NCBI GenBank assembly: GCA_043732185.1
Contig: JAYTHY010000084.1
Location: forward strand, 1-29,352
DNA length: 29,352 bases
Reading direction: 5' to 3'
Origin: Fibrobacteria bacterium
GTDB taxonomy: Bacteria > Fibrobacterota > Fibrobacteria > UBA11236
The number at the start of each line of letters is the position of its first letter. The stretch's first letter is position 1. A model generated the notes under the pieces. That model was not told the DNA's origin. It worked only from the letters and a program-made list of their open reading frames with translations, and ran no database searches. The translations under genes were made by a program, and so were the position numbers. Of this stretch, positions 8,062 to 16,724 are shown in pieces.

Positions 8062-8973
8062 ATGTTTAAAATCCTAGTGGTAGATGACGAGCCTCCCATC
8101 CGGGACATGCTATCTGACGCACTTAGGATATTCGGACACTCCGCTGATACCGCAAAAGATGGTCCCAGCGCTCTGGAGTTGCTTAAAACAACACCGTATG
8201 ACATGGTGCTTTCCGACATCAATATGCCGCATATGACAGGCTTTGAACTCTTGAAGGAAATCGAAGTAGCCTACCCCAGTATCAAACGTGTCCTTATGAC
8301 GGCTTACAGTCTGGATGACTATATGCGCATGGTTCTCGATCACAATATCGGAAATGTGATCACCAAATCCGCGCCGCTCAACTTCAAGGAAATCAAGGAA
8401 ATTCTCAGCTCGCTGTTGAACAATTCCATTTTTGGCCTAGAGCCTTATATGCTGCAACCCCATTCCTTGCAAACCTTCAAACTGGTGGAGCCGACACAAA
8501 TTGATGAAATCTCGGAATCACTGTCGCAGCATTATTCCGGAACTCCAAACCATAATAAATTCAAAGTGGTTCTCATTGAACTCATGACCAATGCATTGTT
8601 CTACGGCGCGCGAAATGAAGAGGGAGATAAGAAACAAGATTGGATCAAAGATTTCAAGCTACCGGAAAAGGATGCCGTTATTATTACGGCTTGTATCGAC
8701 AAGGAAAAGCTTGCCGTGTCCGTACTGGATCGCGGCGGGAAACTGGACAAGCATACGGTGCTGTATTGGCTTGACCGTCAAACCACCCATGACGAAAAAG
8801 GCATGCCGATGGGAATTTTCGACTATCACGGCAGAGGTTTCTTTATCACGCGAAAATACGTGGACCGCTTTATCATCAACATTGAAAAAGGGAAGCGCTG
8901 CGAGTGCTGCATCTTCAACTACTTTGACCAAAAATATGCCGGCAACAAGCCCTTGATTATCAACGAGATCTAA
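8062..8973 (+). CDS. Response regulator receiver domain fused to a HATPase_c (RsbW/SpoIIAB-like) domain
   Basis: REC: ILVVDDE, LSDINMPHMTGFELL, VLMTAY, ITK. GHKL boxes: ELMTNALFYG (N), VLDRGG (G1), HGRGFFI (G2). No HisKA H-box. Start moved from 7903 to ATG 8062. Confidence 0.85.
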   Translation: MFKILVVDDEPPIRDMLSDALRIFGHSADTAKDGPSALELLKTTPYDMVLSDINMPHMTGFELLKEIEVAYPSIKRVLMTAYSLDDYMRMVLDHNIGNVITKSAPLNFKEIKEILSSLLNNSIFGLEPYMLQPHSLQTFKLVEPTQIDEISESLSQHYSGTPNHNKFKVVLIELMTNALFYGARNEEGDKKQDWIKDFKLPEKDAVIITACIDKEKLAVSVLDRGGKLDKHTVLYWLDRQTTHDEKGMPMGIFDYHGRGFFITRKYVDRFIINIEKGKRCECCIFNYFDQKYAGNKPLIINEI

Positions 8974-9014
8974 AACTGATTCTGATGAAACAAGCAATAA
9001 ATTGAGTTGGAAAT

Positions 9015-9046
9015 AAAAAAGCGACTCCTGGACGGGAGTCGCTTTT
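9015..9046. terminator. Bidirectional rho-independent terminator
   Basis: AAAAAA-GCGACTCC-tggacg-GGAGTCGC-TTTT between two convergent genes. Confidence 0.85.
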
Positions 9047-9106
9047 CGTCTAAACACTCCCGTTAGGGAGACGCGATTCGCCTTTGGGGCGCATCGCATT
9101 CAGTCT

Positions 9107-9304
9107 TTAGACATTCGCTTCTAATTGGTCTTTGATATGCTTCCGGATAGCTTGATTACGTTTCCGTTTTTTCATATCAGAAGGCTTTTCGAACCTCTGG
9201 TTCTTTTTAACGTCGGACAAAATGCCCGACTTCTCGCAGGTTTTGGTAAACCTCCGCAGAGCTTTTTCAAAGGACTCACCTGGTCTAACGATTACGCCTG
9301 TCAT
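9107..9304 (-). CDS. rpsU: 30S ribosomal protein bS21
   Basis: VRPGESFEKALRRFTKTCEKSGILSDVKKNQRFEKPS...RKRNQAIRK; GAGGTG Shine-Dalgarno upstream. Confidence 0.95.
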   Translation of the reverse strand: MTGVIVRPGESFEKALRRFTKTCEKSGILSDVKKNQRFEKPSDMKKRKRNQAIRKHIKDQLEANV

Positions 9305-9357
9305 GGGATGTTGAATTCACCTCTATTCCGATTTTTTCAGTCAAAAGTTATAGTTTC

Positions 9358-9386
9358 AATGTATCAAGCGGGCAGAGTGATGTCAA
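9358..9386 (-). promoter_or_regulatory. Putative sigma70 promoter of rpsU
   Basis: Minus strand TTGACA (9386-9381), 17 nt spacer, TACATT (9363-9358), with an extended -10 TG. Confidence 0.7.
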
Positions 9387-9689
9387 GAAATAATCGGCTC
9401 GGAATTATAAATCCTGAGCCTGTACCGAAATTCCCGTTTTTTCGCTAGTTTTAACTAAATCAAAGAGTTATAGCGGGATCCCACAACGGGATAGTCCAAT
9501 AAAACATCCCACCGTACCGATGTGAGTGTATGCGCATAAACCATAGCGCAAACAACCCAAATCACCCCTTTTTTTATATTATTTTGGGACTAAGCTGGGG
9601 AAACGCTTGAAATTCCCCAAAATAAAGTCATACGATTCCAAGACGGATCGGAATTTCTCCGTATCAACGACTTTGCCAAGGGGGCTCAA

Positions 9690-10463
9690 TTGTCCAGAAG
9701 TTACACCAAGACCTTATTTATTGCAGGCTGTACCGTTTTGGTTTTTGGCGCTTGTAAGAAAAAGGAAGCTCCAGCCGTTGTCGAGGAAGCCCCCGCTTCA
9801 GAAGCCAAGGAAACCGATACGACAGCCACTATGGCAGAAGAACCCACTTTACAGCATGTTGGTAAAGATGCCAAGCCAGGGAGCGCCAAGGCGACGTTCC
9901 ATCCCTCCAAGGCTGCCACCCAAGCCGGCTTTTCTGAAAAGGGACATTTTGTGGTCCAAGTATCCATATTCAAGTCTAAAAAAAAGGCTGCCGCCTTAGT
10001 TGAGAAGCTTGCCCAAGCCGGTTTTCCCGCCTATGTCGCAGAGGTGGAAAACCCAATTCCAGAAATGGCAGGCACATGGCACCGAGTTCGCGTTGGCAAT
10101 TTTATGCGGGTTTCCGATGCCAAAGCATTTGGCGAAAATACCCTATCTGGCATGGGTTATCAGTTCTGGGTAGACAATAAGAAAAATGATGCGGTTGCTG
10201 GCAATGGGTCTTATACCGCACCTGCGCCCGAACCGTCCTACCAGCGCTCTAGCGTACCTGCTGCAGTGCCCTCTGAGCCTGCAGCTCCAAGTGAGCCTGC
10301 TACGCCTCCCACCGAGACTTGGGGCGCTCCAGAACCTGAGAAAACACCGGAGCCTGTGGCACCAAGCTCATCCACAATACCCAAAACAACGCCATCCCCA
10401 TCTGGGACACCCGCCACAAAATCACCCAACGACACAGGCAAAGTCAATCTTGACGAGTGGTAG
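9690..10463 (+). CDS. SPOR-domain lipoprotein with a Pro/Thr-rich C-terminal tail
   Basis: TTG start after AAGGGGG; lipobox VFGAC; SPOR pattern FVVQVSIFKSKKKAAALVEKLAQAGFPAYV...WHRVRVGNF; PSEPAAPSEPATP tail. Confidence 0.85.
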   Translation: MSRSYTKTLFIAGCTVLVFGACKKKEAPAVVEEAPASEAKETDTTATMAEEPTLQHVGKDAKPGSAKATFHPSKAATQAGFSEKGHFVVQVSIFKSKKKAAALVEKLAQAGFPAYVAEVENPIPEMAGTWHRVRVGNFMRVSDAKAFGENTLSGMGYQFWVDNKKNDAVAGNGSYTAPAPEPSYQRSSVPAAVPSEPAAPSEPATPPTETWGAPEPEKTPEPVAPSSSTIPKTTPSPSGTPATKSPNDTGKVNLDEW

Positions 10464-10487
10464 GCTATTTGGTATAAGACTTTCCCC

Positions 10488-11816
10488 ATGAAAGTCCGTT
10501 TGCTCAATTTGGGCTGTTCCAAAAATCAAGTCGACAGCGAGAACATCCTCGGTGAATTCGGACGGGCCGGATTCACCATGGCCAAGGAGGGGGAATCCCC
10601 GCAGGTCACGGTGATCAACACCTGTGGATTCATCGAAGCGGCCAAAGAGGAATCCATTCAGGAAATCCTGACTGCAGTAGGCAACAAAGCCAAAGACGAA
10701 AAATTGATAGTGGTGGGCTGCCTCTCGCAGCGTTATGGCACGGAGCTTCGCCGCGATATCCCTGAAGTCGATTTGTATTTGGGTACCTACAAACCCGGGG
10801 AACTGTTGGAGCGTCTGGGTCTCAACTCCAGCCTGCCTTCCGATTGCAAAGTGGGCGCTGGCCCGCGTTCCCTGATGGGTGAAGAATCGCATCACGCTTT
10901 TTTAAAAATCGCCGAGGGTTGCAATCGCATCTGCGGATTTTGTGCCATTCCTGGAATGCGCGGTAAGCAAGTCAGTCGCAGCATCGCCGACATCGTAAGC
11001 GAAGCCCAACAGCTCCAGGCCTGGGGAATCCAAGAGGTGTCCCTCATCGCCCAGGACTTGACATTTTTCGGCCGCGAAAAAAACGGCAAGGAATCGTTGG
11101 AGCAGCTGCTCCAAGCGCTCCTGCGTCATACCGACATTCCCTGGTTCCGTATGATGTATGCCTATCCGGCTTTTATCACCGATGGCCTGGTCGATATTCT
11201 GGCTACGGAAAAAAGGATTTGCAAATATCTGGACATCCCGGTTCAGCATTCGAGCGCCAACATGTTGTCTTCCATGCGCCGCAACTATACCTCTGCGGAA
11301 CTGCGCGCCGTGATGGCCAAATTGCGTAACGCCGTGCCTGGAATTGCCCTCCGTACCACGGCTTTGCTGGGTTATCCTGGAGAAACCGAGGCTGATGTAG
11401 AAGATTTACTCGCCTTTCTGGAAGAAGTTCGTTTTCGCCATGTCGGCTGCTTTGCCTATTCCGATGAAGACGGCACCTTAGCCTTTGATCTAAAGCCCAA
11501 AGTGCCCCATAAAATTGCTGAGCAACGAGTGGAACGGGTGATGACTTTGCAGAGGCAGATTTCACTTGAAGAGAATGAAAGCAAAATTGGTGAAACGCTG
11601 GAAGTCATCATAGATGCTGTTGCGGAAGGTGAAAACCACCATTATACCGGGCGCACCCAAGGCGACGCACCAGAAGTCGACAACCGAGTGCTGATTTTTG
11701 GATCGACAGGGGCGGATGGATTGAGCGAAGCCATGGATGCCACGCCGGGAACATTCCGCAAAGTGCTGGTGACCGATGCCAGCGAATACGATTTAGAAGC
11801 TAAGCTCTTGCCCTAA
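10488..11816 (+). CDS. rimO: Ribosomal protein S12 methylthiotransferase (radical SAM)
   Basis: LGCSKNQVDSE, INTCGFIEAAKEESI, GCLSQRY, CNRICGFCAIP (CX3CX2C), MYAYP, and a TRAM domain with GRTQGDAPEVD. Confidence 0.95.
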   Translation: MKVRLLNLGCSKNQVDSENILGEFGRAGFTMAKEGESPQVTVINTCGFIEAAKEESIQEILTAVGNKAKDEKLIVVGCLSQRYGTELRRDIPEVDLYLGTYKPGELLERLGLNSSLPSDCKVGAGPRSLMGEESHHAFLKIAEGCNRICGFCAIPGMRGKQVSRSIADIVSEAQQLQAWGIQEVSLIAQDLTFFGREKNGKESLEQLLQALLRHTDIPWFRMMYAYPAFITDGLVDILATEKRICKYLDIPVQHSSANMLSSMRRNYTSAELRAVMAKLRNAVPGIALRTTALLGYPGETEADVEDLLAFLEEVRFRHVGCFAYSDEDGTLAFDLKPKVPHKIAEQRVERVMTLQRQISLEENESKIGETLEVIIDAVAEGENHHYTGRTQGDAPEVDNRVLIFGSTGADGLSEAMDATPGTFRKVLVTDASEYDLEAKLLP

Positions 11817-11855
11817 TCGGCAACACTTCGTCCAGTCTCCAATCTTTAAACCACT

Positions 11856-12395
11856 TTAATTTTTCACTCCATCACTTGCCAACTCCACTGTCACATCTTT
11901 GGGTGGCAGACACATGGAATCATTACAGGCCTGGTAATGCAGGGTGGCGCGCGTAACGGCCGGGCTGGAGATTCCATTAGCCGATGTATTCGATTGGCGT
12001 TGAACCGGTATCCGAACAGTGAAAACGCCTGAATACAAGGGCAGCTTTTCTCCCATAGCCGGTGAAAAAACCATTTCCGGTTTTGGAAAGCGGGGCTTTC
12101 CAAACAGCATCTCTGGGGCGCTGGCCTCGATTCGCGTAGGCACCAGGAAAGAATCCGGCGGTGTTTCTGAATTGATATGCCAACCTATGGGCAATTCAAC
12201 ACGCACCTCTAAGAATAAAGAATCATCCTCCCCTATTCTGGCAGGTGCGGCATTTTTATGGGCCACCTTTGGCGCAGATTTTTTCACATATTGCAAGAAC
12301 AGCTTAGGCACCGGCTGGGGGGATGCCGCAGCGCATAAAGCAGCGAAAAAGGCCAAAAGAAAAAATGTCGATAAGTTCAAATATTTTTGATGCAT
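11856..12395 (-). CDS. Exported DsbD N-terminal-domain protein (Ig-like, CX4C)
   Basis: Signal peptide; GWHINS, FPKP, LPLYSG and YQACNDSMCLPP motifs typical of DsbD-alpha; no transmembrane or thioredoxin domain. Confidence 0.8.
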   Translation of the reverse strand: MHQKYLNLSTFFLLAFFAALCAAASPQPVPKLFLQYVKKSAPKVAHKNAAPARIGEDDSLFLEVRVELPIGWHINSETPPDSFLVPTRIEASAPEMLFGKPRFPKPEMVFSPAMGEKLPLYSGVFTVRIPVQRQSNTSANGISSPAVTRATLHYQACNDSMCLPPKDVTVELASDGVKN

Positions 12396-12419
12396 ATCGC
12401 TATGAAAATACTTTCTTTT

Positions 12420-12448
12420 TTGACATCAACTACTGCCTATGGTATCTT
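12420..12448 (+). promoter_or_regulatory. Putative sigma70 promoter of glmM-glmS
   Basis: TTGACA (12420-12425), 17 nt spacer, TATCTT (12443-12448), with an extended TG. Confidence 0.7.
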
Positions 12449-12486
12449 CTTTCCAGTCTGATCATCCAGAAAAATCGGGGATTCTA

Positions 12487-13830
12487 ATGTCTATTTTGAT
12501 GCGCTCTGTTTCCGGTATCCGGGGAATCGTGGGGCCAGCTTTTTCACCTTCCTTAATCGTCAATTATGTCAATGCCTTTGTGCAGCTCACCGGTGCCAAG
12601 AAAGTAATCATAGGCAGGGATACACGGCCCACGGGAACCATGATTGAAAGCTTAGTGGCCTCAGCCTGTGCGGCGTCAGGAGCGGAAGCGGTGGTATTGG
12701 GCATTGCCAGTACGCCAACGGTGGAAATGGAAGTTATCGCCGCCGGAGCCGGGGGTGGGATTATCATCACCGCATCGCATAATCCTATTGAATGGAATGC
12801 CCTGAAATTTTTGACCCATGAAGGCATTTTTTTGGACGAAGACCAGGTCAAAGCCCTCTTTGAATTGGTGGACAATCAGCGTTTTTTATGGTTGGACCAT
12901 TCCCGCGTACAGCCGGTTTCCTACCGGGAAGGCGCTGATAAACGGCATATCGATGGCGTATTGGCCCTGCCTTTTATCGATGCGAAACGTATCCGTGCGC
13001 AAAAATTCCGCATTGGCTACGATGCCGTCAACGGTGCCGGAAGTTTGATTGTACCTGAACTGCTTAGAGCCCTGGGCTGTGACATCGAAGCGATTCATAT
13101 CGAACCCAACGGCATCTTTCCGCATGGCGCTGAGCCCACACCAGAAAACCTGGCGCACTTGGAGGAGTTGGTCACACGTAAAAAGTGCCATGCCGGTTTC
13201 GCCACCGATCCCGATGCCGATCGCTGCGCCATCGTCAGCGATCAAGGCAAAGCCCTGGGCGAAGAATACACATTGGCTTTAGCCACCATGCTGGTGCTGG
13301 AACACAAAAAAGGACCGGTAGCCGTGAATCTTTCCACCAGCCGCATGGTCGATGATATCGCGGCGCGTTATGGGGTTCCAGTGCTGCGTACCAAGGTCGG
13401 AGAAATCAACGTAACTGTGGGCATGCGTGCCAATGGGAGCGTCATCGGCGGGGAAGGCAATGGGGGTGTCATACTCCCGGACTTGCATTATGGGCGCGAT
13501 GGAATTCTGGCTATCGCCATGACCTTGCAACTTATGGCTGAAAAAGGCAAACCACTCTCCGCCATTGCCGCAGAAATCCCTAGCTATTGGATTGAGAAAC
13601 AGAAGTACTCCGTTGCAGGTAAAAAAATGGAAGTCATTATCGGCAGGTTGTTGGCCAAGTTCCCGGATGCGAAATGCGATGAGCAGGATGGCATCCGCTT
13701 CGAATGGGATAAAAGCTGGGTGCATGTCCGTGCGTCCAATACCGAGCCGGTAGTCCGCGTCATAGCTGAAGCGCCTACGCGCATTGAGGCGGAAAAATTG
13801 TGCAAGGAAATCGAAGAAGAATTGGGTTAG
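12487..13830 (+). CDS. glmM: Phosphoglucosamine mutase (alpha-D-phosphohexomutase family)
   Basis: SVSGIRG, IGRDTR, TASHNP (phospho-Ser), DPDADR (metal loop), GGEGNGG, VRASNTEP; lies directly upstream of glmS. Start set at ATG 12487 because ATG 12439 lies inside the predicted promoter. Confidence 0.88.
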   Translation: MSILMRSVSGIRGIVGPAFSPSLIVNYVNAFVQLTGAKKVIIGRDTRPTGTMIESLVASACAASGAEAVVLGIASTPTVEMEVIAAGAGGGIIITASHNPIEWNALKFLTHEGIFLDEDQVKALFELVDNQRFLWLDHSRVQPVSYREGADKRHIDGVLALPFIDAKRIRAQKFRIGYDAVNGAGSLIVPELLRALGCDIEAIHIEPNGIFPHGAEPTPENLAHLEELVTRKKCHAGFATDPDADRCAIVSDQGKALGEEYTLALATMLVLEHKKGPVAVNLSTSRMVDDIAARYGVPVLRTKVGEINVTVGMRANGSVIGGEGNGGVILPDLHYGRDGILAIAMTLQLMAEKGKPLSAIAAEIPSYWIEKQKYSVAGKKMEVIIGRLLAKFPDAKCDEQDGIRFEWDKSWVHVRASNTEPVVRVIAEAPTRIEAEKLCKEIEEELG

Positions 13831-13870
13831 TCCGGCCAGTCGCATCCGGCCATACAGGGAGTCATAAAAT

Positions 13871-15715
13871 ATGTGTGGAATTGTTGCCTATACCGGAGTC
13901 CGTTCTGCCCAACAGGTTTTAGTCAACGGACTCAAACGTTTGGAATACCGGGGGTATGACAGCGCCGGCATTTGCATCCAGGAAGATAAACAGCTCCATC
14001 TGGTCAGAGCCAAAGGAAAATTGGCAGAACTGGAAATCGCCCTGAGGGCCAACCCCGTGAAAGGCTCGGTTGGTATTGGCCACACCCGTTGGGCCACCCA
14101 TGGCGCGCCTTCGGTTACCAATGCCCATCCCCATACCAGTGTTGATGGAAATATCGCCGTTGTGCACAATGGCATCATCGAGAACTACGCCATACTGAAA
14201 ACCTTGCTGCAAAAAGAGGGTGTAGTCTTCAAGTCGGAAACCGACACTGAAGTAATCGTTCACTTAATCAATAAATTCTACAAAGCCCATCTGACTTCTG
14301 GCGGAACCCCCGACTTAGCCTTGGCCGTTTCCGAAGCGCTTACCCATCTGGAAGGCGCATTTGGCATCGTCGTTGTCAGCGCCAATGAACCAGGACTTCT
14401 GGTAGGTGCCCGGCGTGGCAGCCCCTTGGTGCTGGGTTTGGGTGAGAATGAGTTTTTCCTAGCCTCTGATGTTGCGCCCATCGTGGACTACACCCAAAAA
14501 GTGATTTACCTCGACGACAATGACATGGTGGTCCTGAACGGCAGCTACAAAATTACCAACCAAGCCAAAGCAGAAGTCCGCCGGGAAATCCAAAATGTCG
14601 AGTTCAGCGCCGAAGAAGTCGCGCGCGGCAATTTCGAACATTTCATGCTCAAAGAAATTTTCGAGCAGCCCAACACTGTGCTCAATTCCTTACGCGGTCG
14701 AATTCTCCAGGAAAGCGGTACGGCAAAATTAAGCGGCCTCAATTTGGTCACTCAGGAACTGCGCAGCATTCAGCGCATCATCATAGCCGCTTGCGGCACC
14801 TCCTTCTATGCGGGCAAGGTAGGTGAATATTTAATCGAAGAGCTTTCCGGCATACCCGTGGAAGTGGAATATGCATCCGAGTTTCGCTACCGGAATCCGA
14901 TCATAACGGACCGGACGCTGGTATTCGTCATTTCCCAATCCGGTGAAACCGCCGATACGTTGGCGGCATTGAGGGAAGCCAAACAAAAAGGCGCCACCGT
15001 GCTCGGCATCTGCAATGTGGTCGGCAGCAGTATCGCCCGGGAAACGGACGGCGGAGTGTATCTCCATGCCGGGCCGGAAATCGGCGTGGCCTCTACCAAG
15101 GCATTCACCTCCCAAGTTACCGTGCTCACCTTGATTGGATTGCTGCTGGGCCGCATGCGACGCACGTCCCCGGACGAGGGGATGCGGATTTGCAAAGCCC
15201 TGACTAAAATTCCCGATCAGATCAAGGAAATCCTGCTACTGAATGATCAGATCAAAACCATCGCCCAGGAATTCAAGGACTCCAAAAATTTCCTCTATTT
15301 GGGTCGCGGATACAACTATCCCGTGGCCATGGAAGGCGCACTTAAGCTCAAGGAAATCTCCTACATACATGCCGAAGGCTATCCAGCAGCCGAGATGAAA
15401 CACGGGCCCATCGCTCTAATCGACGCAAACATGCCTACGGTCATTATCGCACCCACCGATGCCCTGTTCGACAAAGTGCTTTCGAATATGCAGGAAGTAA
15501 AAGCCCGAGGCGGCCGCATCATCGCCATCACGGATGCCGGACATCAATTGAACGGGCTGGCGGATTACATCATCAATATTCCAAAGACCCTGCATATGTT
15601 GACGCCCTTGTTGGCTGTAGTCCCTTTGCAGTTACTGGCATACCATATCGCGGTTATGAATGGCTGCGATGTGGATACGCCTCGCAATCTGGCTAAAAGC
15701 GTGACAGTGGAGTAA
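13871..15715 (+). CDS. glmS: Glutamine--fructose-6-phosphate aminotransferase
   Basis: MCGIV N-terminus, LEYRGYDSAG, GHTRWATHG, SQSGETADT, C-terminal PRNLAKSVTVE; AGGGAG Shine-Dalgarno. Confidence 0.98.
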   Translation: MCGIVAYTGVRSAQQVLVNGLKRLEYRGYDSAGICIQEDKQLHLVRAKGKLAELEIALRANPVKGSVGIGHTRWATHGAPSVTNAHPHTSVDGNIAVVHNGIIENYAILKTLLQKEGVVFKSETDTEVIVHLINKFYKAHLTSGGTPDLALAVSEALTHLEGAFGIVVVSANEPGLLVGARRGSPLVLGLGENEFFLASDVAPIVDYTQKVIYLDDNDMVVLNGSYKITNQAKAEVRREIQNVEFSAEEVARGNFEHFMLKEIFEQPNTVLNSLRGRILQESGTAKLSGLNLVTQELRSIQRIIIAACGTSFYAGKVGEYLIEELSGIPVEVEYASEFRYRNPIITDRTLVFVISQSGETADTLAALREAKQKGATVLGICNVVGSSIARETDGGVYLHAGPEIGVASTKAFTSQVTVLTLIGLLLGRMRRTSPDEGMRICKALTKIPDQIKEILLLNDQIKTIAQEFKDSKNFLYLGRGYNYPVAMEGALKLKEISYIHAEGYPAAEMKHGPIALIDANMPTVIIAPTDALFDKVLSNMQEVKARGGRIIAITDAGHQLNGLADYIINIPKTLHMLTPLLAVVPLQLLAYHIAVMNGCDVDTPRNLAKSVTVE

Positions 15716-16724
15716 AGCACCCGGCGCAAGGGCTCCAAAGCATCCAGCCACAAAGGTACGCGAGGCCGGAAAAAATTAGGAACACACCCGTTACGACATA
15801 GGCAAGCGTGATCATGCGGCTTACATCGTGGACGCTTCCACCTTCCCGGTCCTGGGTATCGCCGATCCAAATAGCGTTCACGAGCGCCCCATTTTTATAA
15901 ATAGGACCAGCTAAACGGATTTCCAAAGCCCCGGATGCGGCTGTTTCGCTCCAACCTTTATTCGGGCCGGGTAAAAGGGCATGCTGCTGCCACCCAATCC
16001 TAAAGGCTTTACGTCCAGAATACCCAGGCATAACAGCCGCCACCAGTCCAATGACCGCCGCACCAAATCTCGATGGCAAATAGTTCATAACATCATCCAG
16101 TCGCGCTCCAAACCAACCAAAATGCACATACCTGTCATTCTTATATCCCACCATGGAATCCATGGTACTTGCGATTTTGAAAAGCACCAATCCTGGCAGC
16201 CCAGCAACACTAAACCAAAAAAGAGGCGAGAGTACGCCGTCCACCAGACTTTCCGCGATACTTTCCACGGCAGCGCGGTTGCAGGCAGGCAAATCCATTT
16301 TATCAGTATCCCGCCCAACCAACATGGCCGTGGATATGCGGGCCAAATCCAAATTGCCTTTGGTGGTTGCATTGGCAATCCGTTTTCCATGTTTAACTAA
16401 ATCACCCAAAGCAAATAAACTATACCCAAGAAACACGTTTCCCAGCCAGGTCAGTGGGGGATAAATAAACCACAATACGGATTTCACAAATAATATTCCG
16501 CCACCAAATATAATGGTGATAGAAAAGAAGAGTAAAACGCCTCCCATTCTTCCATTGAAGCCCATTTTTCGCAAATAGCGTTCGGACCAAATGGAAATAT
16601 TTCCCATTAAACGCACCGGATGCCAGGCATATTGCGGATCGCCAATGAGGATATCCACGGCTAAACACAAGCAAATAAACAAAAATGGATTGGATAGCAA
16701 AGGCAGCCATTTTTCTATTTCCAT
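15693..16724 (-). CDS. cbiB: Adenosylcobinamide-phosphate synthase CbiB (CobD/CbiB family)
   Basis: DILIGDP..WHPVRLMG, LVGRDT, RAAVESIAESLVDG, TMDSMVGYKN, FGARLDDVMNYLPSR, GPNKGWSE. Start placed at ATG 16724, overlapping the cbiZ stop. Confidence 0.93.
   Translation of the reverse strand: MEIEKWLPLLSNPFLFICLCLAVDILIGDPQYAWHPVRLMGNISIWSERYLRKMGFNGRMGGVLLFFSITIIFGGGILFVKSVLWFIYPPLTWLGNVFLGYSLFALGDLVKHGKRIANATTKGNLDLARISTAMLVGRDTDKMDLPACNRAAVESIAESLVDGVLSPLFWFSVAGLPGLVLFKIASTMDSMVGYKNDRYVHFGWFGARLDDVMNYLPSRFGAAVIGLVAAVMPGYSGRKAFRIGWQQHALLPGPNKGWSETAASGALEIRLAGPIYKNGALVNAIWIGDTQDREGGSVHDVSRMITLAYVVTGVFLIFSGLAYLCGWMLWSPCAGCFTPLSRF

Noticed and set aside
9410..9690. Possible ncRNA or IS end in the rpsU-SPOR intergenic region (GAGCCTGTACCGAAATT; TATGCGCATA palindrome; TGGGGAA...TTCCCCA stem)
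   Set aside because: No matching inverted end, transposase or recognisable RNA family; short stems are expected by chance.
10077..10092. Sigma54-like TGGCACCGAGTTCGCG
   Set aside because: Imperfect -12 element, inside a coding region and ~400 nt from the next start. No convincing intergenic sigma54 promoter was found in the window.
13831..13870. glmS ribozyme, and a TCCGGCCA direct repeat
   Set aside because: The 40-nt gap is too short for the ribozyme and has none of its motifs; an 8-bp repeat is uninformative.
15716..15770. Tn7 end at attTn7
   Set aside because: No 5'-TGT terminus, TnsB-site repeats or tns genes; the sequence is cbiB coding DNA.
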